From assembly GCA_963733055.1 (NCBI GenBank), contig CAVTBR010000003.1, positions 64,001 to 128,000 on the forward strand: 64,000 nt of DNA, in the 5' to 3' direction. The DNA comes from Candidatus Bathyarchaeota archaeon. Its GTDB lineage: Archaea > Thermoproteota > Bathyarchaeia > 40CM-2-53-6. Both the position numbers and the translations under genes were made by a program. The notes under the pieces are model-generated. The model was not told where the DNA came from. It did no database searches and saw nothing but the letters and a program-made list of their open reading frames with translations. Of the stretch, positions 31,955 through 42,514 are shown piece by piece (the stretch's first letter is position 1; each line of letters begins with the position of its first letter).

Positions 31955-32856
31955 GTGGCTCCCGGTTGTCTCAGAGTGTTCCTAAGCGAGGAGCGAGTCA
32001 ATGGTCCGTAGCTTGGCGTCGATTTAGAAGAAACAAATCAGGCCTAATCGGTAGTGGAATCGTTGTTTTCTTCGTTCTAGTCGCTTTGCTAGGCCCATTT
32101 GTCGTTGCGTATCCTGCTCGAAGCTATCGAGCTTTGTATGAGGGGGACGCTGGGACTCCACCCTCATTCAAGCATCCATTCGGAGTTGAGGACTCAGGAA
32201 TAGACGTCTTCAGTGAAACCGTTAATGCGGCTCGCTATGACTTATACGTCGGACTCGCGGCGACTCTCATCACGACGCTGATTGGTGTTGCGGTAGGAGC
32301 GGTGGCGGGGTACTTCAAGGGCGTTGTGTCGGACGTATTGCTCGGGGTCATACAGATGTTCTTTGTAATTCCTGTCCTGCTTCTCATTCTTCTATTCGCA
32401 AGAGTGTTCTCAGTCTTGGTCTTCAAGGGCCTAGGGCTTACGCTCATCGTCCTCATACTCGCTTTCTTCGGCTGGTCAGGTATTGCGTTCATTGTAAGGG
32501 GGGAGACGTTCAGGTTGAAGGAAATGGAGTTCGTTCAAGCCGCACGGTCTTTGGGAGCAGGGTCTTTCAGGCTTCTCTTTCGTCACATTGTTCCGAACAT
32601 CTTGTCACCCGTCATCGTAATTGCAACACTCAATATCGCAGGCTTCATTCTGACCGAGGTTGTCGTGAGCTTCCTTGGCTTTGGTGATGCTAATACTCCA
32701 ACTTGGGGGCTTCTGCTTAACGAAGGGTTCTCTTACGTGAGAACGGCTTGGTGGGTTTCATTATTTCCAGGTTTGGCCGTAGTATTTTGTGTCTTAGGTT
32801 TCAATCTAATGGGCGATGGATTATCTGACGCCCTAAACCCACGATTACGTGAATGA
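31951..32856 (+). CDS. dppC: Peptide ABC transporter permease
   Basis: HPFG, EFVQAARSLGA, HIVPN, SFLGFG, GDGLSDALNPR. Confidence 0.93.
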   Translation: MSGSRLSQSVPKRGASQWSVAWRRFRRNKSGLIGSGIVVFFVLVALLGPFVVAYPARSYRALYEGDAGTPPSFKHPFGVEDSGIDVFSETVNAARYDLYVGLAATLITTLIGVAVGAVAGYFKGVVSDVLLGVIQMFFVIPVLLLILLFARVFSVLVFKGLGLTLIVLILAFFGWSGIAFIVRGETFRLKEMEFVQAARSLGAGSFRLLFRHIVPNILSPVIVIATLNIAGFILTEVVVSFLGFGDANTPTWGLLLNEGFSYVRTAWWVSLFPGLAVVFCVLGFNLMGDGLSDALNPRLRE

Positions 32857-33859
32857 GCGGGCCAGTCGATTGCCAGAAAAACTCCTCGAAATCTCAAATC
32901 TCCGAACCTATTTTTTCACCGAAGCCGGCGTAGTCAAAGCGTTGGATGGCATGTCTCTGGAAGTCTACAAGGGACAAACGGTTGGCCTTGTAGGTGAGTC
33001 AGGATCAGGCAAGTCTGTTACCGCACAATCCGTGCTTCGCATAGTACCACGACCAGGTCGCATAGTCGATGGGTCCGTGAAGTTCGAAGGCGAAGATTTG
33101 CTCTCGAAATCAGATAATGAAATGCGCAAACTTCGAGGCCCGAAAATGGCAATCGTATTTCAGGACCCCACGACGTCCCTTAACCCAGTGTACACCGTTG
33201 AGAAACAATTAACTGACATCTTAAGGCTTCACAAGGACCTTACGAAAGAGGATGCGTCGAAGAGAGCGCTATCGCTTCTGGAGCGCGTAGGAATTCAGGA
33301 GCCCGAAAAGAGGTTGAAGGCATATCCTCACGAACTAAGTGGCGGAATGAAGCAACGGATCGCAATTGCCCGGGCGCTGTCTTGCGAACCTATGTTACTG
33401 TTCGCCGATGAACCAACGACCAACCTCGATGTAACTATCCAGGCCCAGGTCCTGGAATTATTGAAGCAATTACAAAGGGAACTAAACATGACCATGGTAA
33501 TGATTACGCATGACATGGGCATAATCGCTGACCTGACAGAGCGTGTGACCGTGCTTTACGCGGGCAAAGTAATGGAGGTGGCAGATACGCCGACCTTGTT
33601 CAGGTCTCCTAAGCATCCCTACACGGAAGCGTTGCTCAAAGCCGTGCCGAGCGTCAAACAGACCCGTACCCTCGAAGTGATCCCTGGAAACATACCCAAC
33701 CTCATTGAGCCACCTTCCGGATGCGTGTTCAATCCTCGATGCAAATACGCGAAAGACATTTGCTCGAAACAGGAGCCTCCCCTAGAGAAGGTTGGCGAGG
33801 GCCATTTTGTAGCCTGCCACTTTTGGCGGGAATTGACACTTGAAGGGAGGGGTGGCTGA
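32849..33859 (+). CDS. dppD: Peptide ABC transporter ATPase
   Basis: GESGSGKS, YPHELSGGMKQR, DEPTT, C-terminal Cys motif. Confidence 0.95.
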   Translation: MNERASRLPEKLLEISNLRTYFFTEAGVVKALDGMSLEVYKGQTVGLVGESGSGKSVTAQSVLRIVPRPGRIVDGSVKFEGEDLLSKSDNEMRKLRGPKMAIVFQDPTTSLNPVYTVEKQLTDILRLHKDLTKEDASKRALSLLERVGIQEPEKRLKAYPHELSGGMKQRIAIARALSCEPMLLFADEPTTNLDVTIQAQVLELLKQLQRELNMTMVMITHDMGIIADLTERVTVLYAGKVMEVADTPTLFRSPKHPYTEALLKAVPSVKQTRTLEVIPGNIPNLIEPPSGCVFNPRCKYAKDICSKQEPPLEKVGEGHFVACHFWRELTLEGRGG

Positions 33860-33860
33860 G

Positions 33861-34877
33861 ATGCAATCGACTTGGGACGGCGGCCGCCCGATTCTCGAAG
33901 TAAACTCGCTCGTTGAATATTTCGACGTTGTAGAGCGTGGAATCCTCCGCAAGAAGAAAATCGGCGACGTCCATGCTGTCGACAACGTGTCTTTCCACAT
34001 ATCGGGAGGCGAAACCCTCGGACTAGTGGGCGAGAGTGGCTGCGGGAAAACTACTACTGGCAAGGTGATTCTGTACCTCGAGAAACCAACTTCAGGATCC
34101 ATATTCTTCGAAGGCATGAACGTAGTCGAAACCTTCGAGAAGAAGAATCAAGCTGATGCGAAACTACTTAGACGCAGAATGCAGATGGTCTTTCAGAACC
34201 CCTACAACTCCCTCGACCCACGTATGACTGTATACGACATTATCAGCGAAGCATTCGTTATTCACAAGAACATACCGAAGAACCAATGGACCGATCGCGT
34301 GTACGAACTGCTTAGGATGGTGAACCTGGAAGAATATCACGCTGAACGCTACCCGCATGAATTCAGCGGGGGACAGAGGCAAAGAATCGCGATCGCACGT
34401 GCTCTGGCGGTTGATCCGAAATTCGTTATTCTCGATGAACCCGTTTCATCCTTAGACGTATCTATCAGAGCTCAAATCCTAAACTTGCTCATAGATCTAC
34501 AGAGCAAGAAGCACCTGTCGTATCTTTACATCTCACACGACCTCAGCTCCGTTCGACAGATCAGCCAGCGGGTCGCGGTAATGTATTTGGGGGAAATTGT
34601 CGAATTAGCTAGCGCGGACGAAATCTTTGACAAGCCATTACACCCCTACACGCAGGCTCTGATCTCTGCTGTTCCTGTCCCAGATGTCGACCACAAAACA
34701 ACCCGAATTATCCTTCCGGGCGAAGTCCCTAGCCCTATTAACCCGCCCCAAGCCTGCAGATTCCACCCACGGTGTCCACACGCCACCGATATCTGCAAGC
34801 AGGTAGCTCCAAAATTCGAAGATAGGTTGGTTCAAGGACATTTCGTAGCCTGTCATCATGCCGATAAGTTCGTTTAG
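33861..34877 (+). CDS. dppF: Peptide ABC transporter ATPase
   Basis: GESGCGKT, YPHEFSGGQRQR, DEPVSSLD, CRFHPRC. Confidence 0.95.
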   Translation: MQSTWDGGRPILEVNSLVEYFDVVERGILRKKKIGDVHAVDNVSFHISGGETLGLVGESGCGKTTTGKVILYLEKPTSGSIFFEGMNVVETFEKKNQADAKLLRRRMQMVFQNPYNSLDPRMTVYDIISEAFVIHKNIPKNQWTDRVYELLRMVNLEEYHAERYPHEFSGGQRQRIAIARALAVDPKFVILDEPVSSLDVSIRAQILNLLIDLQSKKHLSYLYISHDLSSVRQISQRVAVMYLGEIVELASADEIFDKPLHPYTQALISAVPVPDVDHKTTRIILPGEVPSPINPPQACRFHPRCPHATDICKQVAPKFEDRLVQGHFVACHHADKFV

Positions 34878-34886
34878 GCCATAAGG

Positions 34887-35462
34887 TTGCATGTTCGAAG
34901 AGCGAAAGCGGCGGGAATCGTTCTCTTCACGCTCGGGCTGTTATTTCTCTTCATTGGAACGATAATGCCATACTACAAATCACCCCAGAGGCTTGACGGA
35001 ATCGGACCTGGGATCGAGTACAATCAATCGCGTCCCTACTGGATCAAGTCATACTTTATACCGCCAATCGATGCAGGCCAACCAATCAGTCTGACCGTGC
35101 TTAGTGACCGAGAGGGGGCAACGACGGTTCTTCTGGCCTACTACGACGAGGCGCAACAAACCATAGTAGGACCGGCGCTTGTTAGCGTTATTTTCGGCCC
35201 AAACGAAAAGGGCCTCTCCGTCTTTACGAGAGCGAACAGATCAGGGCCATACTTTCTCACGATCACCAGCTACAACAGCACATACACGTTCCATGTGACT
35301 TCGGTCTGGTCACCTTTCTATGGATTAAGGCCCCTCACGATCTATGCTTTTGGCCTCATACCTATCGGGGTAGTCACAATTTACTATGACGAGATCGTGG
35401 AACGGAGAGAACAGATGGAAGAAGAAGCTCTTCGTTGGAGCAAGACCAGGCGCAACACTTAG
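34887..35462 (+). CDS. Membrane protein (TM, beta-rich domain, TM)
   Basis: Hydrophobic segments at both ends; follows dppF by 9 nt. Confidence 0.65.
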   Translation: MHVRRAKAAGIVLFTLGLLFLFIGTIMPYYKSPQRLDGIGPGIEYNQSRPYWIKSYFIPPIDAGQPISLTVLSDREGATTVLLAYYDEAQQTIVGPALVSVIFGPNEKGLSVFTRANRSGPYFLTITSYNSTYTFHVTSVWSPFYGLRPLTIYAFGLIPIGVVTIYYDEIVERREQMEEEALRWSKTRRNT

Positions 35463-35590
35463 ACGACCTGGATTTACACCCGAATTTTTCGACCCCGGTC
35501 CCTGGTGAAGAGCGAACGAAACGAAATCTGCCTATCTGAATTAAGGGCGAGATCCTACGTTAGTCCCACTTGAATTGAGAAGTCACGAAC

Positions 35591-36703
35591 TCAATTGCCA
35601 CCGCGCCGCCGAGTCCTTCGGAGCTTGCTTTTCTTGCCGTGTTTCGGGCGTTTCCGTTTTTGAGATCGACGCCTGGAAAACGCTACAGTGAATGCCAGGA
35701 TGAGCGCAACACTTCCCAGAATTAATAAGGGTAGTATGTAGTCAGCCGACCAATTCACCTCAATTCTGTGAGGAGAATCCATGCTGACTTGATAGATTGT
35801 TGATTCAGACACCCTGCGCCCGTCTTCAGTCCAACCCTGGAAAACCCACTTGGCCCCGAGTGCGCCGAGTATTCCTGTCATAGGAGTTACTCGCGAAGGA
35901 ACCGATAACGTCGTGTTCGAGCCAGCGTTGTACCATCCTCCACCCTGTAAACTGACGGGGCTAGTCACTTGAAGCCTGAATTGAGTCACATAATTCGCGC
36001 GAAGAACTATATCGTAATTCAAAGCGACGGATCTGTTTGCGTCTGTGGATCCGTCCGACCAGTTTGTGAACTCAATTCTCGTTACATTATCAATTTGGAC
36101 TAATTCCGGGACCGAAACTGTGTGCGTTCCCGCGGCGAGCACTAACTGGACGTTTCCGCCGGAACCGTTGACTCCGTCCACTGAAACTGCGACAGAGTTA
36201 GGTACGTCGACCTCTAGTGTAAGAGCGCTGGTCACACTTATTGTGAAAGTGTAGTCGCTGAAGGAGTTCGGAATGAGGTTTTGCACTTTGTCCAAGAGGC
36301 CTACCTGGAGAGCCAGATTCCAAACGCCCTTTGGATGAGTAAGCAAGAACTGCATCCTCTCTGAACCATTAGTACCCGTTAGTGATATGATGCATCCAGC
36401 GAATTGAGCTGTCGTGATGCAGGATTGGGGGCTAGAACTACCCAAGCCACTCACAAGGTTTCCATTGTCTAGGTCGAAGACGCCTGCTGCCAAGTAGTAG
36501 CCTGACTTGACGTCAGAATAATCTACTGTTGCATTAAGAACCAGCGGAGTATTCGTTGACTGAGTGTCGATGTTGAAGAGTGCAGTGCGAGTATAGGAAA
36601 CGTTGGTAATCGTGGTAGTTTGAGCCCTCACGTTAGGCACGGTTAAGGCCAAAGCAAGTAGAATCAAGCCAGGAATTGTCAATGTGAAAACGCGAGATGT
36701 CAA
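35591..36703 (-). CDS. Cell-surface protein with InlB-B-repeat-like stalk domains and C-terminal TM
   Basis: Signal peptide, FTNWSDG / GWYNAG / FQGW repeats, TM and very basic tail. Confidence 0.75.
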   Translation of the reverse strand: MTSRVFTLTIPGLILLALALTVPNVRAQTTTITNVSYTRTALFNIDTQSTNTPLVLNATVDYSDVKSGYYLAAGVFDLDNGNLVSGLGSSSPQSCITTAQFAGCIISLTGTNGSERMQFLLTHPKGVWNLALQVGLLDKVQNLIPNSFSDYTFTISVTSALTLEVDVPNSVAVSVDGVNGSGGNVQLVLAAGTHTVSVPELVQIDNVTRIEFTNWSDGSTDANRSVALNYDIVLRANYVTQFRLQVTSPVSLQGGGWYNAGSNTTLSVPSRVTPMTGILGALGAKWVFQGWTEDGRRVSESTIYQVSMDSPHRIEVNWSADYILPLLILGSVALILAFTVAFSRRRSQKRKRPKHGKKSKLRRTRRRGGN

Positions 36704-36772
36704 TCATACACCCCCCCAGCGATGCAAGTCTAAGGACGCAACAGTATTTGGGATTAGTCACAAAACCCGGTA

Positions 36773-38122
36773 TTAACGACGGCGGTGGCGTGGAGCCACG
36801 CCTCTTCTCTTCGACCTCTTGATCCTGACCCTTCTACCCGCATTACGCTTTTTCATGAGGACCACCACACATGCCGCTAACGTCACTAAAACCATAGCAA
36901 GAATTATAGTCAGAGTCCAATCAACTCTCCACACCGCAACGGTACTTTTCGGGATGTCCATCAACACCTGGCATTGCGATGCGGTCGTGGTGCAGGCTCC
37001 TGACCAGTGATCGAAAACGTATCGTCCGCCGATCCAGCCGGTGAAACCTTCTAGCGGGACTGAGGTTGGAGCTATGGTGATCGTGGCGTCAGTATTTTCA
37101 AAATACCATCCCTCACCAGCTATGTTTCCGAAAGGTGAGTTTGCAACCAGCTCATGCTGGATCCCGTAGTTGGCTTTGAGCGTGAGGTTATTGCCTACGG
37201 AAATTAGTCGAGTCGAACTGTTCGTGTTGTCGTTCCAACCGGTAAAACGGGCTCGCGTTCCATTCCCTATCCGTATGATATCTGGAACGGAGACGGAGTA
37301 GTTTCCCCAGGGAAGCAGTTGCTGTGTTGTCCCGTTTGCGTTCGTGGCGACCTCTCTGCCCCCTACCGAAATGGTGATGTTAGGATAGGGAGTTTCGATG
37401 GTCAGGTATGGTTCGACAAAGGCCAGTTCTAAAGTTGGGGCGGTAGTGCCGTTCGAAGAAGTTTGCCTCTTAGAATCGAACCAAACTAGGTTTCTCCAAT
37501 TAGTTTCCGAAGCGATTGCTGCAAAAGTGATCTGACCGGTTGAGTTGAACCGTCGCTTGACAAGGTTTGTAAGGTTCCAATGAGTCCATGTACCATTTTG
37601 TCTTATGTTGGTTGAGGCATACACGTTTTGGTCGAACTGCGGCATGTTATTCCACGTGAGAGTATTCTCAGTCCAATTCTCAACTGGCACGTTATGCACT
37701 TCGACGGTAGCGTTGTAGAAGAAGTTCATCAACCGAACGTACATTCGCAAGCTCGCATTCTGCGGTATTGCCCCTGACTGGACCAACTGTTCGGGCAGGC
37801 TCTTCGCCAAATCGAATTTCATGAACCCATAAGTCTTAGACACGGGCACGCTCGGGATATTTTGCACAATTATGACGCCTAAATCATCAAAAGTCTTCGT
37901 GGGAATGAGATTGTCGGCAAAGGTGTCGTCTATCGGCGTTATTGAACAATGAATAATCATCGCGGCTGTCGCATTGCTATATTGAGGTGCTGAGCAGTCC
38001 CCCGAGTCCTGTCGCTGAGCCACTGACCGGTCAGTAGGGTGTTGTGCTACAGCGTTCCCTGCTGGATAGCTTCCCACGATCAGAGCAATTAGGAGAATCA
38101 TCGTAAATTGCTTCAACACCAA
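36773..38122 (-). CDS. Cell-surface protein: DNRLRE/CBM96-like domain, stalk repeats, TM
   Basis: DDTFAD..FMKFDL..ASLRMY..WTENTLTWNNMP..FDSK..PTLEL; same stalk as neighbours. Confidence 0.78.
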   Translation of the reverse strand: MVLKQFTMILLIALIVGSYPAGNAVAQHPTDRSVAQRQDSGDCSAPQYSNATAAMIIHCSITPIDDTFADNLIPTKTFDDLGVIIVQNIPSVPVSKTYGFMKFDLAKSLPEQLVQSGAIPQNASLRMYVRLMNFFYNATVEVHNVPVENWTENTLTWNNMPQFDQNVYASTNIRQNGTWTHWNLTNLVKRRFNSTGQITFAAIASETNWRNLVWFDSKRQTSSNGTTAPTLELAFVEPYLTIETPYPNITISVGGREVATNANGTTQQLLPWGNYSVSVPDIIRIGNGTRARFTGWNDNTNSSTRLISVGNNLTLKANYGIQHELVANSPFGNIAGEGWYFENTDATITIAPTSVPLEGFTGWIGGRYVFDHWSGACTTTASQCQVLMDIPKSTVAVWRVDWTLTIILAMVLVTLAACVVVLMKKRNAGRRVRIKRSKRRGVAPRHRRR

Positions 38123-38214
38123 TTGAGAGGTCCCCTCGTATCGTCAATCGCAATGGTATTGGCAGAGCGCCAAAAAGGAATCGGTAACTTTACCCCACTA
38201 AGCCGGCTTTTCTC

Positions 38215-39381
38215 TCAGCTGCCGCCTCGTAATCGCTTCCGGGTTGTCCTAATTGCCAAAGCGGCGATCGTGATCAATATGAAAGCGACGACGATCGATG
38301 GTATGGTTTTATCCGTATTCCAATTTGCGGTGATCGTCTTGTTTGAGTCCATGAGAATTTGAATCGTGAGATTTTTCGAGCTTACGGCTCCGGACCATTC
38401 TTGAAAGTGATCTTGTCCGCCGATCCATCCCAATACTCCGGGGGTGCTAGCGACCGTATCTGAAATTGCCACGTAAACAAACATGCCCATTGGAACGCCT
38501 ACTTTCGCGCTGCCATTGTATCCGTCGGTTCCGGTGGCGGAGGTTACGAAGAATTGTGTTCCCGGATGCACGATGACTTCGAGGTCAACGTAGCCGCTGG
38601 TCCAGAGCAGTGCTCCGTCTTGAAGTTTTGGAACATTCGAGCCAACGAGAAGCATGTTTGGACCAATAGCGGTGGCTCCGTAGGAGTTCGCGAAGCATGT
38701 TACCCCCGTTCCGCAGTAGCTTAGGGCGACCAGGGAATTAACTGAGTTCCAGCGGCTACCGTCGAAGTAGGATAATTGACTGAATTTTACTGGACCTAGA
38801 ATTGTAGATACATTTTGGGCGGCGTTGCCCTCCGCAATGACGAAGGCCGGATCAACGGAATGGCTCACTGAAAAACTTGAGTTCGATACGGCTCGCCCGT
38901 CCAACATGAAACTCCACGAATTTAGAGTGGTTGGGGCAATCGTGTACAGATGCGATGTTTCATTGGTTCCCGCTGAACCTGTCGGACCTATTCCGTAGTA
39001 GAAATCAGATTTGAAACGATTTGGCCAATACTGCCATTGCCACCGAGCATCGTCACTCTGGATTATCTCTGTAGACCCTGAGCAGGTGAACTTTCCTCCG
39101 ATTGATGCTCCTTTGAGACAATACACTCCTGGTTCCAGCGAGTATCCGAATTGAACGAATGACCCGTCGGCTAGGTCGTCTCCAACCCAGAAATATTGGA
39201 GTGTTCCTGGAAGCGAATCATACAGATGGGTTTCGATTTGCGCTTGAACGCCTAAGTTGTTTCGCGAAGCGTCGTCGCCCCAGGCTCCGACCTTGAATGT
39301 CGCATTGGTTTGGGGCAGCGGCGAGGCAATGGAGATCAGGTTTAGGAGGAGGAAAGCGTAGACCCATCGTGCCTGTATCAA
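38215..39381 (-). CDS. Cell-surface protein with possible glutamic peptidase (G1-like) domain, stalk, TM
   Basis: FWVGD..FVQFGY and AFVIAE motifs in a beta-rich domain. Confidence 0.6.
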   Translation of the reverse strand: MIQARWVYAFLLLNLISIASPLPQTNATFKVGAWGDDASRNNLGVQAQIETHLYDSLPGTLQYFWVGDDLADGSFVQFGYSLEPGVYCLKGASIGGKFTCSGSTEIIQSDDARWQWQYWPNRFKSDFYYGIGPTGSAGTNETSHLYTIAPTTLNSWSFMLDGRAVSNSSFSVSHSVDPAFVIAEGNAAQNVSTILGPVKFSQLSYFDGSRWNSVNSLVALSYCGTGVTCFANSYGATAIGPNMLLVGSNVPKLQDGALLWTSGYVDLEVIVHPGTQFFVTSATGTDGYNGSAKVGVPMGMFVYVAISDTVASTPGVLGWIGGQDHFQEWSGAVSSKNLTIQILMDSNKTITANWNTDKTIPSIVVAFILITIAALAIRTTRKRLRGGS

Positions 39382-39463
39382 TGGCAGTCTAAGTGCATCC
39401 TCTCTCTAGGCGGGGTGATAAACTGAGTGACGGCAAGTGACGGCCCTTGCAGAAGATAAGGTG

Positions 39464-40672
39464 CTATTGTTTTGCGGGTTCGACTAGTTTCGGAATGACT
39501 TTGGAGGCGTTGGGAATTACTGTGATTGTGGAATCTGAGCCTTGGATTCTTTGTGCGCTATGTAGGGCCGCGTTGACGGTAGTCGCGGATTTCAGATTGA
39601 AGGTGTTCTCTACATAGTAGTCGGGAATGGTTGAGACTAAGCATACTCTATGTGTTTGCAGAGTTCTGCTTAGAAATGAGGCTTTGAAGCCATTGTAGTT
39701 GAAACGATGACGCAGTCGTGTCTCGAGATGTCGAGGTTCCTTGTGTTCCGAACACCATTCGTAAAATTCAGTGTCACCGTGCCCCTTGCCGCACTCCGCG
39801 GCCACAATCAAAGTCCCTCCTTTCTTCAGCGCATTTAGACCGGCCGGAATCGTCTCAACCGCATCAAGCAGCGAATCGTCGAAGGGGAACCCGCCCGCAC
39901 CCATCACTACAATGTCAGCTCGCTTTGTAATCTGCTTCGAATGCAACTTATCAACGGAAGGAGAGAGGCTCGTTAGACAATCATTAATTCCTCCAAAAGC
40001 CAGGCTTGCTGGACGCATCTCCGCATCGACGGCGAGGCCTAAAGCGAAAAGGTTTTGGAACGATGCTGCAATTTCTATCCTTTCTTTATGTAGGGTGTCG
40101 AGTGTCACACCCGGTCTGTCTGTCACTTGGCGGTGAACCGAAGTATCTGAAGCCAATTGGGGAAAGACTAGGTCACAGAGTCCTGAGTACCCGAGAAAGT
40201 GATGCGGCCTAAGTTCGCCGATGAGGAATCTGAGGTCGGATTTGACGAACGCCGAGTCAATGTCCGGAGTGAATCCACCGTGGAAATCCGCAAACGGCGT
40301 CGACTCGGACTTGCCTGTGTGCTTCAAGACTTTAGCATCGCTGAATTCCCCAATATCAGTTGCGTCCTTAGTGAGAATGATCGTACGCGAGCCCTGCGAA
40401 TGGGAAAGATGGTTGAGAACCACCTGAGTTAGATCGGTCGCAAGCTGCTGGCTTCCACACGATCCAAGCACGATGGCAGCGTTGGTTGCTTTATTCGTGG
40501 CTTCTTGGAATTTTTCGTTTGATTGGAGAAGTCGCTCGGCCTCTGCTATTGGATCGTTTATAGGGCTCGCGCTCTCCGCTCTGAGAATGTCGAGCAACGT
40601 CTCTTCGGGCACTCTGACAGGTATGTCAGAGCGTCCATATGGCAGCCATACTTCGACCAAAGTTATCACCAC
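39464..40672 (-). CDS. LarA (lactate racemase)-like protein with degenerate active site
   Basis: WLPYG, PHHFLGYSG, ADIVVMGAGGFPFD, GGTLIVAAECGKGHG. Confidence 0.8.
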   Translation of the reverse strand: MVITLVEVWLPYGRSDIPVRVPEETLLDILRAESASPINDPIAEAERLLQSNEKFQEATNKATNAAIVLGSCGSQQLATDLTQVVLNHLSHSQGSRTIILTKDATDIGEFSDAKVLKHTGKSESTPFADFHGGFTPDIDSAFVKSDLRFLIGELRPHHFLGYSGLCDLVFPQLASDTSVHRQVTDRPGVTLDTLHKERIEIAASFQNLFALGLAVDAEMRPASLAFGGINDCLTSLSPSVDKLHSKQITKRADIVVMGAGGFPFDDSLLDAVETIPAGLNALKKGGTLIVAAECGKGHGDTEFYEWCSEHKEPRHLETRLRHRFNYNGFKASFLSRTLQTHRVCLVSTIPDYYVENTFNLKSATTVNAALHSAQRIQGSDSTITVIPNASKVIPKLVEPAKQ

Positions 40673-40799
40673 AGGCTGCTACGATGCCAATCGAGTCGTA
40701 AAAGCTTGAGAGGCTGAAATTTCGATTGGGCTGTTCTTCTGGGTTGAAGCGAGTGATCGTGCAAAAGAATAAACCTGTAGGCTCACGTTAGTGGTTTAG

Positions 40800-41417
40800 G
40801 TGTTATTGCTGGTCAGCGCAAGGTTAGACGACTTCTGTAATGTCCTGCTCAGGACCGGGAGCCTAGAGTTTGGCACGTTTAAGCTAGCAAGCGGCATCCT
40901 CAGTCCGTATTACGTGGACCTTCGTTTGATTCCCAGTTATCCAGAGGCGTTTCAACAAACGATCGACATGTACCGCAGTGTTATCGAGCCTGATCTAATC
41001 AAGCATGTTCAACGTTTAGCTGGAATACCTACTGCAGGGATCGCCTATGCTGCGGTGGTAGCGCTTAACCTGACCAAACCTTTGCTTTACGTTCGGAAAG
41101 AACAGAAGGAGCATGGCCGCGAGAAGAGAGTCGAAGGTCTTCTGCAGCCAGGCGACAAGGTCTTGGTTTTGGATGATGTGGTTACGACTGGCAAGAGCCT
41201 CTTAGAGGCCACAGAAGCGATTCGAGCTGAAGGGGGAGTAGTCGACGACGCCGTGGTCTTGCTCGATAGGCAGCAAGGCGCGGGAGCAAACTTGCAGAAG
41301 AAACAGGTGAAACTTCACGCATTCACAACGATGCGACGCATAGCCGACAAGCTTCTGAACATGGGTACGATTGACGAGGGACAACATAAGGAGATCTTAA
41401 GCCAGATAATCTCTTGA
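40800..41417 (+). CDS. pyrE: Orotate phosphoribosyltransferase
   Basis: FKLASG..SPYYVDLR, YVRKEQKEHG, VLDDVVTTGKS. Confidence 0.95.
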   Translation: MLLLVSARLDDFCNVLLRTGSLEFGTFKLASGILSPYYVDLRLIPSYPEAFQQTIDMYRSVIEPDLIKHVQRLAGIPTAGIAYAAVVALNLTKPLLYVRKEQKEHGREKRVEGLLQPGDKVLVLDDVVTTGKSLLEATEAIRAEGGVVDDAVVLLDRQQGAGANLQKKQVKLHAFTTMRRIADKLLNMGTIDEGQHKEILSQIIS

Positions 41418-41512
41418 GCCATATCCTGCGCACACGCATTTTCACTCGCCTCTGACAGCCATGGCTCAATGTGCTTACTGGAATTATCTGGTTGCATTGT
41501 TTAACGCAAACT

Positions 41513-42260
41513 ATGGTCCAATTCACCTCCGCAGTTAGCCGTTCAAGATTTCGTCAAGGTTGACAGCCTTCTCATAGATGCGCGCCAAGAGCCGCAACCT
41601 GACCTAACCTTCGGGATTGAAGCTTTAGACAACGCCTTACGCCTAAATTTCGGACAGCTTATCGCGTTTCAAGGCAAACCCGCTCGTGCGATGTGTACGT
41701 TACTCTCTGTACGGGCGATGCTTCCCCAACCTCTAGGTCCTGATTGTGATGTTTTATTCATTGACGGAGGCAACAGCTTCGACCCCTACGCTATATCTGA
41801 CAGTTCAGTTGAGCAAGGCCTCGACACGGAGAAGGTTCTTGAAAGGCTACACGTGAGCAGGGCTTTCACTCACCATCAACTCGCATGCATTATTACAGAC
41901 AAACTTCCAAACGCCATAAGGAAATTCGGTGCGAAGCTTGTCGTTATCTCCGACATAACCCAACTGTACTGCGACCCAGACGTGCGCGACGACGATAAGG
42001 AAGATGCATTGCGAATCTTCGCTAAAACCGCACGAACTCTCCGAATGTTTGCCCGACAATACGAGTGCCTAATCGTTGCCACGAACCTTGAACCAAGAAC
42101 CTTTCTAATGGATCACGCCCTGACACGTGCTGCACATGTGTTAGTCAGTGTTGAACAAAAAACCGGCCTCACTCAATTCTCACTGAAATACCCCAACGTC
42201 CCGCCCCGCACCGCGGTCGCTTTTGTGCCTGGCGTTAAGGCTCTGGAGGGATATCTGTAA
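41513..42260 (+). CDS. Inactive-looking RadA/RecA-fold protein of the PolB2 cassette (probable 1-nt indel just after ATG 41513)
   Basis: LTFGIEALDNAL upstream of track start, no intact Walker A, FIDGGNSFDPY, SRAFTHHQL. Confidence 0.8.
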
Positions 42261-42514
42261 TGGGGCGCACTATTCCGTCTTGGCGGATGGTTGTTGAAGC
42301 CGAAGTTGAGAAACTGAAACGTTTCCAAGAATTTCTCAGAGAAGAAGACAGGGCCGTCTTCGAGGATATGCTCAACCAGTGTAGGCTGCTAGCTTCCGCT
42401 GCCAGCGTCATGGCATCACCACTAAAACAAGTCCCACTAATCATCTCCATGTTGTTCGCCCACCACAAGAAACTCGTCGAACTAGAGAAACGCCTAGAAG
42501 CGCATGGTCTTTGA
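42260..42514 (+). CDS. Small helical PolB2-associated protein (arCOG07300-like)
   Basis: MGRTIPSWR..LREEDRAVFE signature directly before polB2. Confidence 0.82.
   Translation: MGRTIPSWRMVVEAEVEKLKRFQEFLREEDRAVFEDMLNQCRLLASAASVMASPLKQVPLIISMLFAHHKKLVELEKRLEAHGL

Noticed and set aside
35497-35548. GTGAAGA...CTGA as a second C/D sRNA
   Set aside because: Only about 24 nt between the boxes and no C'/D' pair
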